From the NCBI GenBank assembly GCA_902788605.1, contig CADAKX010000004.1:23848-87847 (forward strand): 64,000 nucleotides of DNA, given 5' to 3'. Positions 54,792 through 63,865 of the stretch are shown here, in pieces; within the stretch, counting starts at the first letter, position 1, and every line of letters starts with the position of its first letter. The DNA is from an uncultured Prevotellaceae bacterium (GTDB taxonomy: Bacteria; Bacteroidota; Bacteroidia; Bacteroidales; Bacteroidaceae). Made by a program: the position numbers and the translations under genes. A model generated the notes under the pieces. The model saw only the letters and a list, made by a program, of their open reading frames with translations, searched no databases and had not been told where the DNA came from.

Positions 54792-55661
54792 TTACTTAAC
54801 CTCTAAGAGTTCCACCTTGAAGATCAGAGTTGAGAAAGGAGGAATGTTGCCCTGCTGGTTGGCACCGTAAGCCAACTCCTGGGGAATGTAGATCTCCCAC
54901 TCAGAACCGGCAGGCATAGCCTTCAGAGCATCCTGCCAACCCTTGATCACCTGACCTACGCGGAAGGTAGCAGGATCACCACCGTGGTTCTTGTTAGAGT
55001 CAAACACAGTGCCGTCGAGCAGACGACCCTCGTAGTTCACTACAACCATTGAGGTGTCGGCAGCAGTAGCACCGTTGCCTTCCTTCAGCACTTTATACTG
55101 TACGCCGCTGGGCAGGGTCTTCACACCCTCTTTCTTGGCATTCTCAGCCATGAACTTCTCGCCCTCAGCCTTGTTGGCACCAAACTGCTTCTCCTGGTTC
55201 TTAGCCTTGATGCGCTCAAACAGCACCTGAGCCACTGAGTCAGCCTCTGATACCTTCATCTTGCTGTTCTTACCGGTTACACCGCTTACGAAACCAGCCA
55301 TGAAGTTGTTCAGAGAAACGCTCTGAGTAGAGTCGTCGCCGAAGAGGTTGTAGTTCAGACCCTTCATCATGTTGTTGGCAATCTGCTGACCAATCTCGAT
55401 ACCTGCGAAGTATGCAGCCTTCTTCTTGTCATCAGCAGCGTTAGCACCGTCGTTCACACCCTGCAGGAACTCTGCGATGTAGGTGGTGTCAACGCCCTTG
55501 GCATTGGCCAGGTAGTCCATCAGACCCTGAGACTGAGACATACCGATGGCATAGCTCAGTGTATCAACATCACTCTTCAAACTGGGTTTGGGGTTGTTGC
55601 CGCACGACATCATCGTTGCAACAGCAATGGCCACAGCGGCCATAGAGAAAATCTTTTTCAT
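54792..55661 (-). CDS. FKBP-type peptidyl-prolyl cis-trans isomerase lipoprotein
   Basis: 289 aa with lipobox TMMSCGN and a C-terminal FKBP domain ([16 protein letters not shown]...VIKGWQDAL). Confidence 0.9.
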   Translation of the reverse strand: MKKIFSMAAVAIAVATMMSCGNNPKPSLKSDVDTLSYAIGMSQSQGLMDYLANAKGVDTTYIAEFLQGVNDGANAADDKKKAAYFAGIEIGQQIANNMMKGLNYNLFGDDSTQSVSLNNFMAGFVSGVTGKNSKMKVSEADSVAQVLFERIKAKNQEKQFGANKAEGEKFMAENAKKEGVKTLPSGVQYKVLKEGNGATAADTSMVVVNYEGRLLDGTVFDSNKNHGGDPATFRVGQVIKGWQDALKAMPAGSEWEIYIPQELAYGANQQGNIPPFSTLIFKVELLEVK

Positions 55662-55714
55662 TGTTTTGGTTTATTTGTTATGACTTTATTTTCTTTTTTC
55701 GGGATTCCGATTCT

Positions 55715-56320
55715 TTACATCACCTCAATCAGCTCCACGTCGAAGATCAGCGTTGCGAAGGGAGGAATCATAGCACCTGCGCCACCCTCGCCATAAGCCA
55801 GGCGATAAGGGATGAAGAAGCGATACTTGCCACCCTCAGACATCAGCTGCAGACCCTCAGTCCAACCAGCGATCACCTGCTGCAGACCAAACACTGCGGG
55901 CTCACCACGCTGTACGCTGCTGTCGAACACTGTACCATCGATGAGGAAACCCTCATAGTGACACTTCACTGAGTCCTTGGCAGAGGGCTTCTTGCCGTTA
56001 CCCTCTTTCAGCACCTGATACTGCAGGCCGCTGGCCGTGGTGATGACACCCTCTTTCTTGGCATTCTCAGCCAGATATTTCTCGCCCTCTTCCTTGGCAG
56101 CCTTGCCCTTCTCGGCACGCTCTGCGTTCATAGCGGCTTCTTTCTTTGCAAAATAGTCCTGCACAATCTGCTGTGCCTCGCGGTGCGACACCTTCAGTTC
56201 GCTGCCGTTCAACACGTCCTTGATTGACTGTGCAAAGTCATCTACATTGAGGTCGTTGGCACCCATTTGTGCCAGCTGCTGACCGATGCCCAAGCCAAGG
56301 GCATAACTCACTTTATCCAT
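55715..56320 (-). CDS. FKBP-type peptidyl-prolyl cis-trans isomerase, no signal peptide (FklB-like)
   Basis: 201 aa with an FKBP domain ([16 protein letters not shown]...VIAGWTEGL). Confidence 0.9.
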   Translation of the reverse strand: MDKVSYALGLGIGQQLAQMGANDLNVDDFAQSIKDVLNGSELKVSHREAQQIVQDYFAKKEAAMNAERAEKGKAAKEEGEKYLAENAKKEGVITTASGLQYQVLKEGNGKKPSAKDSVKCHYEGFLIDGTVFDSSVQRGEPAVFGLQQVIAGWTEGLQLMSEGGKYRFFIPYRLAYGEGGAGAMIPPFATLIFDVELIEVM

Positions 56321-56457
56321 GCTTTCTATATTATAATAATGTATATATCGAAAAAATTGTGTGCAAAATTAAACATTTTCCCCGATACGAGTATCAACTG
56401 CCCATAAAAATTAGTTTTTATTAAGTCTTTGCCCTTTGCTTTTCTCTCGCTTTTTCG

Positions 56458-56465
56458 TATCTTTG
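56458..56465 (+). promoter_or_regulatory. -7 promoter box (TATCTTTG) for the GH3 gene
   Basis: TAnnTTTG match 57 nt upstream of the ATG at 56522. Confidence 0.5.
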
Positions 56466-56521
56466 CCATCGAAATACGGCAGAAGCCCATAATTTCACAA
56501 AGACTAAATAACAATAAACCA

Positions 56522-58828
56522 ATGAGAAAAACAATCTTAGCGGCCTGTGTGGCCACAGTAAGTATGGTGACAACAACGATGGTGGCGCAGCCCAAACTGA
56601 CGGCCACAAACATCGATGAAGTGATGAAGGCGATGACCCTTGAAGAGAAGGCCAAACTGTTGGTCGGTGGTTCTAACACGTTTTTTGGCGACCAGGCTGC
56701 CGTAGGTGGCGAGGCCGACCTTGTGACTGGTGCCGCAGGCAACTCTCCGGCCATTCCCCGTCTGGGCATTCCCGCCACAATTCTGACCGACGGTCCTGCC
56801 GGTGTGCGCATCGACCCCACTCGCAAGGGCACCACTCAGACCTTCTATGCCACGGGCTTCCCCATTGGCTCGTGTCTGGCTTCCACTTGGAACACCGAGC
56901 TGGTACGCAAGGTGGGCGAGGCTGTAGGCAATGAGACCAAGGAATATCGCTGCGACGTGATCCTGGGTCCTGGCATGAACCTGCATCGCAATCCCCTCTG
57001 TGGCCGTAACTTCGAGTATTATTCTGAGGACCCGCTGCTCACGGGTAAGATTGGTGCTGCCTATATCAATGGCGTGCAGAGTCAAGGTGCTGGCGTGTCG
57101 GCCAAGCACTTCGCTGTCAACTCTCAGGAGACCAATCGCACCAGTGTTGACGAGCAACTCAGTCAGCGTGCTGCCCGCGAACTCTATCTGCGTGGCTTCG
57201 AGATTGCCGTTCGCGAGAGTCAGCCCTGGACCATCATGTCCAGCTATAATATGATCAATGGCCAGTACTCCATGGGCAATCGCGACCTGCTCACCAGCAT
57301 CCTGCGCGACGACTGGGGCTATAAGGGCATCGTGATGACCGACTGGATTGGCATCCGCAAGGGACTGGAGACCATCACCGAGGTACAGGCTGGCAACGAC
57401 CTGATGGAACCTGGTCACCCCTCTCAGGTCAAGGAGATTATCGATGGTGTGAACAGTGGCCGACTGTCTATGAAGGATGTCGACCGCAATGTACGTCGCA
57501 TGCTGGAGTATATCGTCAAGACACCGAGCTTCAAGCATTATCCTGCCACCAATAAGCCAGACCTTCAGGCACATGCTGCCATCACCCGTCAGTCGGCTTG
57601 CGAGGGCATTGTGCTGCTGAAGAATGGACAGGGCGCTGCACCCTGCCTGCCTTGGAAGGACGGACAGGTTAAGACCGTCGCCCTCTTTGGCGAGAACTCT
57701 TACAACCTGCTTTCTGGCGGTACAGGCTCAGGTTGCGTGCACACACCCTATGTCGTCGACCTTGTAGAGGGACTGAAAAATGCTGGCATCAGCACCTCGA
57801 AGACCCTCACCGACATCTATCGCAAATACAACGACTTTGCCCGCCTGAAGTTCCAGGCAGAGCGCCATCCCGCCAACTGGTTCCAGCAGGAGCAGTTTGG
57901 TCAGCAGAAATATCCCGAGATTGGCTTCTCGGCTATCGCTATCAATAAGGAGGTACGTGGGGCAGATGCTGCCATCGTCACCATTGGTCGTCAGGCTGGC
58001 GAGGGTGCCGACCGTGACATCGATACCGAGTTCAACCTCATCGACACCGAGCGTCAGTTGCTCACCGAGGTCTGCAAGGCCTTCCATGCTGCCCATAAGC
58101 CTGTCATCGTGATTATCAACAGCGGTAGCGTCATCGAGACAGCTTCTTGGCGCGACCTGCCCGATGCCATCATCTGCGCTTGGCAGCCTGGCGAGGAGGG
58201 TGGCAACTCTCTGGCCGATATCCTCACTGGTAAGGTGAACCCCTCTGGTCGTCTGACGATGACCTGGCCCCTTGCTGCTACCGACCACCCCTCAACCGAG
58301 GGCTATGCTGACAAGGTGGCTACCAAGCACCATGAGGATATCTATGTGGGCTATCGCTATTTCGACACCTTCAACAAAGAGGTGGCCTATCCCTTCGGCT
58401 TTGGTCTGAGCTACACCACCTTCGAGTTCTCTAAGCCCAAGGTGAAGGTCAGTGGCAAGAACGTCACTGTCAGCGTCACTGTCAAGAACACAGGCAGTGT
58501 GGCTGGCAAGGAGGTGGCACAGGTCTATGTCACTGCTCCCAAGGGCAGCATCGAAAAACCTGCCCAGGAGTTGAAGACCTTTGCCAAGACGCGCGAGTTG
58601 CAGCCCGGCGAGAGCCAGACGCTCACCATGCAGATTCCCGTCCGCATGTTGGCCTCATTTGATGAGGCTGGCAGTCAGTGGCTCACTGACGCTGGTCAGT
58701 ATACCTTTAAGATTGGTGCCTCCAGCCGCGACATTCGTTGCACTGCCACTGCCAAGGTAGGTCGTTATACAGAGAAGACCACCAATGCCCTGGCACCCAA
58801 GGTGCAGCTGAACTTGCTGAAGCAGTAA
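56522..58828 (+). CDS. GH3 beta-glucosidase/beta-xylosidase-type glycoside hydrolase, periplasmic
   Basis: The track ORF starts at 56429; the ATG at 56522 gives the signal peptide MRKTILAACVATVSMVTTTMVAQ. Motifs KHFAVNSQE and GIVMTDW (nucleophile Asp), plus a C-terminal Fn3-like domain. Confidence 0.9.
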   Translation: MRKTILAACVATVSMVTTTMVAQPKLTATNIDEVMKAMTLEEKAKLLVGGSNTFFGDQAAVGGEADLVTGAAGNSPAIPRLGIPATILTDGPAGVRIDPTRKGTTQTFYATGFPIGSCLASTWNTELVRKVGEAVGNETKEYRCDVILGPGMNLHRNPLCGRNFEYYSEDPLLTGKIGAAYINGVQSQGAGVSAKHFAVNSQETNRTSVDEQLSQRAARELYLRGFEIAVRESQPWTIMSSYNMINGQYSMGNRDLLTSILRDDWGYKGIVMTDWIGIRKGLETITEVQAGNDLMEPGHPSQVKEIIDGVNSGRLSMKDVDRNVRRMLEYIVKTPSFKHYPATNKPDLQAHAAITRQSACEGIVLLKNGQGAAPCLPWKDGQVKTVALFGENSYNLLSGGTGSGCVHTPYVVDLVEGLKNAGISTSKTLTDIYRKYNDFARLKFQAERHPANWFQQEQFGQQKYPEIGFSAIAINKEVRGADAAIVTIGRQAGEGADRDIDTEFNLIDTERQLLTEVCKAFHAAHKPVIVIINSGSVIETASWRDLPDAIICAWQPGEEGGNSLADILTGKVNPSGRLTMTWPLAATDHPSTEGYADKVATKHHEDIYVGYRYFDTFNKEVAYPFGFGLSYTTFEFSKPKVKVSGKNVTVSVTVKNTGSVAGKEVAQVYVTAPKGSIEKPAQELKTFAKTRELQPGESQTLTMQIPVRMLASFDEAGSQWLTDAGQYTFKIGASSRDIRCTATAKVGRYTEKTTNALAPKVQLNLLKQ

Positions 58829-58841
58829 TTGAATTATGGGT

Positions 58842-58901
58842 GAATCACGGGGACAGGTTTGATTCCGCCAAGCCGAGAATCAAAACCTGTCCTCGTGATT
58901 C
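58842..58901. repeat. Long imperfect palindrome (about 23-bp stem, 11-nt loop) between convergent genes
   Basis: gaatcacggggacaggtttgattc (58842-58865) versus gaatcaaaacctgtcctcgtgattc (58877-58901), with one G-U and one bulge. No U-tract on either side. Confidence 0.7.
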
Positions 58902-58921
58902 TGTTGCCCTATGATGATTAA

Positions 58922-59986
58922 CTATTCACCAAAGATTTCCTTTAACTTCTCTTGCAGTGCCTCCCCACGCAAGCCACGCGCCACGATTTTGCCTTGCGGA
59001 TCAATGAGCAAGTTGTCGGGGATGGCGTCAATCTTATAGATCTTGGTGAACAACGACTCCCAACCCTTCAATTCTGAGAGATGCACCCATGGCATGTTCA
59101 GGCTGACGATGGCTTTCTTCCATGGTATCTTGTTTCCGTCAAGGGAGACGCCGACGATGTCGAGTCCCTTGGCATGGAACTTCTCGTAGGCTGCCACCAC
59201 ATTAGGCATCTCACGGATACATGGGCCACACCACGAAGCCCAAAAGTCAACAAACAGCCAATGTCCGTTACCAACATACTCGCTGAGTTTGTGCATGGTG
59301 CCGAGTGTGTCAACCATTTCGAAGTCGGTAAACTGCTGACCGATGAAACCATTCTTTACTACCTTGTCAGCGGCTTTCTGTTCGTCACTTTTGCCAGACT
59401 TCACGACAAAATTTGCCGTAGACATCCACTTCAGCCTCTCCTCATATTGTTTCACGTATGGATGCTCGGCATAGGCGGGTTTCTTTTCCAGAATAGTCAG
59501 CAATCCTTTCGTCCCAAAAACCTTTTGACCTTCCGTGATGAATGCAGCAGGCAAGAGGGTCTCGCCCTCCTCTTCGAACAACTTTTTCGTCATCTCGGAT
59601 TGATACTGGGGATAATAATAGCTCGGCATTCCCATCATCTCTATATTATAATAGGATAGTCGCTCGTTCAATGGCGAACCCTTCAGTGTGCTGTCGTTCA
59701 TGTTGACGCTGACAGGCTTGCCGTCATTGAAAAACAGTGTCCGCCAACTACGCCAATTGTCCTTGTCAAACGTAATAGCCAAGATAGCATTCTTATCTGC
59801 CTGACCTTTGAACACGAACTTCCCCTTGGCCACAAGTGTACTGTCCACCGGTTTCGAAGTCAATCTGTCTTCGAGATAGACCATCTTGCCGTTTTCCTTA
59901 CTGACACCCTTCACGGTGTACTTCACTTGTTGAGCCTGTGCTGAAACTGTCAGCATCAGGGTACACATCATGAGTATATTCTTCAT
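58922..59986 (-). CDS. TlpA-like thiol-disulfide oxidoreductase with an N-terminal DUF4369-like domain
   Basis: 354 aa with signal peptide MKNILMMCTLMLTVSAQAQ and FWASWCGPC. Confidence 0.85.
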   Translation of the reverse strand: MKNILMMCTLMLTVSAQAQQVKYTVKGVSKENGKMVYLEDRLTSKPVDSTLVAKGKFVFKGQADKNAILAITFDKDNWRSWRTLFFNDGKPVSVNMNDSTLKGSPLNERLSYYNIEMMGMPSYYYPQYQSEMTKKLFEEEGETLLPAAFITEGQKVFGTKGLLTILEKKPAYAEHPYVKQYEERLKWMSTANFVVKSGKSDEQKAADKVVKNGFIGQQFTDFEMVDTLGTMHKLSEYVGNGHWLFVDFWASWCGPCIREMPNVVAAYEKFHAKGLDIVGVSLDGNKIPWKKAIVSLNMPWVHLSELKGWESLFTKIYKIDAIPDNLLIDPQGKIVARGLRGEALQEKLKEIFGE

Positions 59987-61053
59987 TTATTATTGCTATA
60001 GATCTGTGTAAGTTTCTCATCAATTTTCTCCCCACGCAAGCCACGTGCCACAATCTTGCCGTCAGGGGCAAAGAGAATGATTTCGGGTATGCCGTAGATG
60101 CCGTAAAGGTCGGTGGCTATATGGTCGGAATTGATAATTTGTGGATAAGGGATCTGCTCCTCGTCAATGGCTTTTAGCGTGGCTTCGGGCTTGTCCCATG
60201 CAGCGATGCCAACCACCTGCAGGTCATGGTCCTTGTACTTGTTATAGGCACTAATGAGGTTGGGAATTTCTTGTCTGCAAGGGCCGCACCACGACGCCCA
60301 AAAGTCGACGAGTACGTACTGACCACGACCCACATAGTCGCTGAGGCGGGTGGTTTTGCCATCGTACTCCACGCTGAAGTCAACGAACATATCGCCTTCG
60401 TCGGTAGGTGGTAAGGCAAGGGCTTTCTGAAGTTTCTCCGTCAGCGCCTCGATGCGGAAATCCTTTCTCTCTTTGTCGCCTAAGGCTGTGACGAAGGGCA
60501 TCACTTGCTTGGGACGGAGGAAGTCGAGCACTCCTGGACTGCACATCAACAATGCACCCACTCCCATGGCACTATAGCTATTGCGTAGGATGTATCCGCA
60601 GAGTCGCTGGCGTGCCTCGTCCTCCTGGCCCTCAGCTGCCAGCGAACGTACTGCATTCATCTCCTTGCGGAAGGTGTCGTTATTTGGCGTACCTGTCATT
60701 CCGGCTCTCCCTTTGCCCGTGGTATAGACAATGTCTCCAGCCTCAAGAATGAACGACAAGGAGGCGGTGTCTGTTTGCTCTTTGCTGCGAAGGGGTATCT
60801 TCAACTCTGAGAACAGAGCCTTGTCCACGTGCCCTGTGAAGAAGAACTTGCCGTCCTTCACGGCACTCTTCTGACAAATGCCTGCACGCTGGTTGGCATC
60901 GTTTACGATGAACACCGAGTCAATGTCTGCCAAGTCGTTTACCACAACACCAACAAATGGCGACAAGTCACCGCTAACAGTGTAGTTGTTCTCTTGTGCC
61001 TGTGCCGACATCGTCAGCAGCAAGGCACACATTATCATTAGAATTCTGTTCAT
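59983..61053 (-). CDS. TlpA-like thiol-disulfide oxidoreductase with an N-terminal DUF4369-like domain
   Basis: 356 aa with signal peptide MNRILMIMCALLLTMSAQAQ and FWASWCGPC. It has 4-nt overlaps with both neighbours. Confidence 0.85.
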   Translation of the reverse strand: MNRILMIMCALLLTMSAQAQENNYTVSGDLSPFVGVVVNDLADIDSVFIVNDANQRAGICQKSAVKDGKFFFTGHVDKALFSELKIPLRSKEQTDTASLSFILEAGDIVYTTGKGRAGMTGTPNNDTFRKEMNAVRSLAAEGQEDEARQRLCGYILRNSYSAMGVGALLMCSPGVLDFLRPKQVMPFVTALGDKERKDFRIEALTEKLQKALALPPTDEGDMFVDFSVEYDGKTTRLSDYVGRGQYVLVDFWASWCGPCRQEIPNLISAYNKYKDHDLQVVGIAAWDKPEATLKAIDEEQIPYPQIINSDHIATDLYGIYGIPEIILFAPDGKIVARGLRGEKIDEKLTQIYSNNK

Positions 61054-62507
61054 TTATCAATATTTTCTAGTTCTTTCATCATGACCTCTACGCTATCCCA
61101 TCCACAGATGGCTTTGAAAAGCTTTCCATCGCGGTTGTAAATAAGGTAGTGAGGGATAGCATTTTTGTAGTCGGGGATTTGCATGTCCTTCATCTTGTCT
61201 TTGTGCACGATGTAGTGGTCGCCAGCATGCTTAGCGATGTATTCCGTCCACTCATAGGAGTTGCTGCTGGTGTCAGTGATATAGACGAAGTCAAAACCTA
61301 GTGCCGTCAGCGAGTCTTTCACGCTCTCCATCTCTCTCATACCCTTGCAACAAGGGCCACACCAGGTAGCCCAGAAATCTACGAAGACATTACGCCCTTT
61401 GTGCTCGGCTATGATTTTGGGTAACCACTCCTGAGGCTCGCCCTCTGGCAGTTGACGCCACTTGCCTTTGACGTCAACTTTCTCCTTATTCAGTTCTGCT
61501 TGCACCTCGCGTATTTGCACTTGGAACTCAGGCGACAGGGCATTTATTTCTTCCTCGGTAATTGGTTCTCGGGCTTTTACGCGTGTCATCACCGCCTTCG
61601 CCTCGTCCAGTTCCTTAAACCATCGTCCTAAAGGCGATGATTCCAACCCATTGGCCAGAATATATTTCCGTCCCTCGTCAAACTGATTGTTCAGACAGGC
61701 AAAGTAGCCTAAAGCACTACGGTAAAATGTCAGTTCAGGGGCATGAGGATCCTTAAAGGTCATTTGCCGCTCGAACATCTCAAGCGAATCCTTGTCCTTG
61801 GTCAAACCATGTACTTTCTTCGTGAACCTGTAATCTCTCAGTTTTTTCAAATAATCTTGTTCAATGACCATTCTTTGATATTCCCGTCCCTGTGCTGTAA
61901 GGTCAAGAGTGTCCAACTGCTTCACCACGTCCTTAAACTCATTCCAGCACACTTCGCGCCATTCTTCAAAGGTGTCCTTGTAGTGGGCCGTGGCATATTC
62001 GCGATTATAGCCCAATTTTATTCCTTTCATCTTGATAAGCTGGGGCAACTCAAACGAAACACCTTCCATGTGGACTGCTTTCGACCAAAGTTCGCGTAAC
62101 TTCTGTGTGGTGACACTATCGCGATGTGCCTTCCTTTTGTAGTTGTCGAATGTTTCGAGAGCAGTTCTGTTTATGTCGAGTCTGACAGTGTCGCCAGGAA
62201 AGAGCAGAATCGACATGCCATTGCTGAAAGTGTGTATCAACGGGTAGCAGATATCCCACGTGATGGTGAATGTGCCGTTGATAGAGTCTTTTGTGATTGA
62301 TGGAAAACTACCTCCTTTCAGAGATTCTTGGTTTCCATTAAATCCTGGCAGATTAGCGTTGTCTCCAATGTGGTAGTTGACATAGCGGCCAAGGATGACG
62401 GCAGGAGCACTCTTGCGCTCCCATTCTGTTTTACCAAAAACATTGTCCTGTGCTTGTGCCGACATCGTCAGCACTATGGCACACATCATCAAGAGGATTT
62501 TCTTCAT
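61050..62507 (-). CDS. TlpA-like thiol-disulfide oxidoreductase with a long, unrelated N-terminal domain
   Basis: The track ORF extends to 62600; the ATG at 62507 gives signal peptide MKKILLMMCAIVLTMSAQAQ. FWATWCGPC lies near the C-terminus. 485 aa. Confidence 0.8.
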   Translation of the reverse strand: MKKILLMMCAIVLTMSAQAQDNVFGKTEWERKSAPAVILGRYVNYHIGDNANLPGFNGNQESLKGGSFPSITKDSINGTFTITWDICYPLIHTFSNGMSILLFPGDTVRLDINRTALETFDNYKRKAHRDSVTTQKLRELWSKAVHMEGVSFELPQLIKMKGIKLGYNREYATAHYKDTFEEWREVCWNEFKDVVKQLDTLDLTAQGREYQRMVIEQDYLKKLRDYRFTKKVHGLTKDKDSLEMFERQMTFKDPHAPELTFYRSALGYFACLNNQFDEGRKYILANGLESSPLGRWFKELDEAKAVMTRVKAREPITEEEINALSPEFQVQIREVQAELNKEKVDVKGKWRQLPEGEPQEWLPKIIAEHKGRNVFVDFWATWCGPCCKGMREMESVKDSLTALGFDFVYITDTSSNSYEWTEYIAKHAGDHYIVHKDKMKDMQIPDYKNAIPHYLIYNRDGKLFKAICGWDSVEVMMKELENIDK

Positions 62508-62533
62508 TTCGTTTCTTTTTAGGTTTTCTGTCG

Positions 62534-62541
62534 CAAAGGTA
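62534..62541 (-). promoter_or_regulatory. -7 promoter box (TACCTTTG on the minus strand) for the three-gene TlpA operon
   Basis: Plus-strand caaaggta, 27 nt upstream of the ATG at 62507. Confidence 0.5.
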
Positions 62542-62605
62542 AGGATTTCCCTTGACATTTGGCAAAATTGGGAGTTGGCATGTAGTTGATTTTTGCCCAA
62601 AGGCT

Positions 62606-62638
62606 TAAGAAAACGGTTTGCAAATAGTTTGCAAACCG
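62606..62638 (-). terminator. Rho-independent terminator after the LuxR-type regulator gene
   Basis: On the minus strand, CGGTTTGCAAA-CTA-TTTGCAAACCG (plus coordinates 62614-62638) followed by TTTTCTT. Confidence 0.75.
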
Positions 62639-62650
62639 GTTGTAACTATC

Positions 62651-63664
62651 TCATAATGAGAGAATAAACTCATCCCAGTCCTTACCGCTGCCCTCTTTAT
62701 CAAAAACCTTCTTGTAGAGGCGTTTGCGGATGCTGCTGATGGTGCTCTTGTCCTTACAAAGCACAGAAGCAATCTCGATGGGAGCGGTGTGAATCTTGAT
62801 GAGAAGGCATACCTGATACTCGGTGGGCGAGAGGTTATAGAGTCCGTAGAGGCTACTGCTGAAATGCGGATAGATGACCTTCAGTCGCTGTTCCAGATCC
62901 TTCCATTCAGCCGGTTTGATAGTCGTTCCTGCCTCGATGCGACGACGTAGGTCCATATAGTAATCCGACTGGAAGAACTCACTCTCCACCTGTTTCATGG
63001 CATCTGAAACCAGTTCAGGGCGCAGGGTACGCTCCTCTTCAATCTCAGCCAACTTATGTTCTATCTCGCGTTTGCGCTGTCGCAGTCGCCAGACATAGAC
63101 AGCTACGCCAATCGCCAGGACAACCATTCCGATGATGATATAGAGGAACACCTGGTTCTTGGCCTTAAGCTGTCGCTCTGTGGTAGAGAAGACATAGTGC
63201 TTTACGGGGGCATCGGCGTCGTCAGGGTGCTGTCTCACCAACTCACGAATCTCCTCCATGCGCTCCTCGGTCATTGTCGTAGAGCGCACCATCCGTTCTT
63301 TGTAGCCCTCGAAGGTGGTGATAAAGGTGGTGTCGTCAACCCACTCGAAGGGCATCACGCGGTCGCGCTCCATATAGAGCGAGTCGTTGAGACGAAAGCG
63401 TCCCATCTCATGGGCAATAATCAGCATCTCTTGGCCCACGGCATGCAGCTGTACAGTATAATAGGTGCTGTCGGCATCGTAGATCTTGCAGCGGGTGTAC
63501 TGTGTATATATTGAGTGCGTCTCTTTTCCGTCGGGTGCAGTCTCGCTTTCCAACATCCACACACCGATGATGGAAGGGGCTTTGCTGTTAGGCACGTTTT
63601 CACCCATGGCGCTCACCAGTCCTGTGAGCGCAAAGAGGAGGGTAAGGATGGTATATTTTGTCAT
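62651..63664 (-). CDS. Single-pass membrane protein with an extracytoplasmic N-terminal domain and a cytoplasmic C-terminal LuxR/GerE-type HTH
   Basis: 337 aa. Signal peptide, a ~140-aa outside domain, a TM helix (VFLYIIIGMVVLAIGVAVYVW) and a charged coiled segment. C-terminal LSPTEYQVCLLIKIHTAPIEIASVLCKDKSTISSIRKRLYKKV. Confidence 0.7.
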   Translation of the reverse strand: MTKYTILTLLFALTGLVSAMGENVPNSKAPSIIGVWMLESETAPDGKETHSIYTQYTRCKIYDADSTYYTVQLHAVGQEMLIIAHEMGRFRLNDSLYMERDRVMPFEWVDDTTFITTFEGYKERMVRSTTMTEERMEEIRELVRQHPDDADAPVKHYVFSTTERQLKAKNQVFLYIIIGMVVLAIGVAVYVWRLRQRKREIEHKLAEIEEERTLRPELVSDAMKQVESEFFQSDYYMDLRRRIEAGTTIKPAEWKDLEQRLKVIYPHFSSSLYGLYNLSPTEYQVCLLIKIHTAPIEIASVLCKDKSTISSIRKRLYKKVFDKEGSGKDWDEFILSL

Positions 63665-63691
63665 TGTTATTATCTAGTCGTTATTTTGCGA

Positions 63692-63699
63692 CAAAGATA
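63692..63699 (-). promoter_or_regulatory. -7 promoter box (TATCTTTG on the minus strand) for the LuxR-type gene
   Basis: Plus-strand caaagata, 28 nt upstream of the ATG at 63664. Confidence 0.5.
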
Positions 63700-63865
63700 T
63701 AAACTTTTTACGAAACGGCAAAGAAAAAGGCCCATTATTCTTGGGTTGCACAAATTTCTTGTATATGTTCCCTTGAGTTAAAAAACACTAAATCATGATA
63801 GACTGAAATTGACATGAGGGGTCCAAACTAAGTCTGATAGATAGGACTAAAAATTGTTTTTCTAA

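Noticed and set aside
56326-56835. 169-aa minus-strand ORF, and the 56429 start of the GH3 ORF
   Set aside because: The minus ORF overlaps the GH3 5' end and promoter region and has a low-complexity translation. The GH3 signal peptide begins at the ATG at 56522, downstream of the -7 box at 56458.
56537-57574. 345-aa minus-strand ORF
   Set aside because: It lies antisense inside the GH3 gene, whose translation carries clear family motifs. It is a shadow ORF.
62508-62600. 31-codon upstream extension of the third TlpA-like ORF
   Set aside because: The extension spans the predicted -7 box (62534-62541). The ATG at 62507 gives a signal peptide almost identical to those of the two paralogs.
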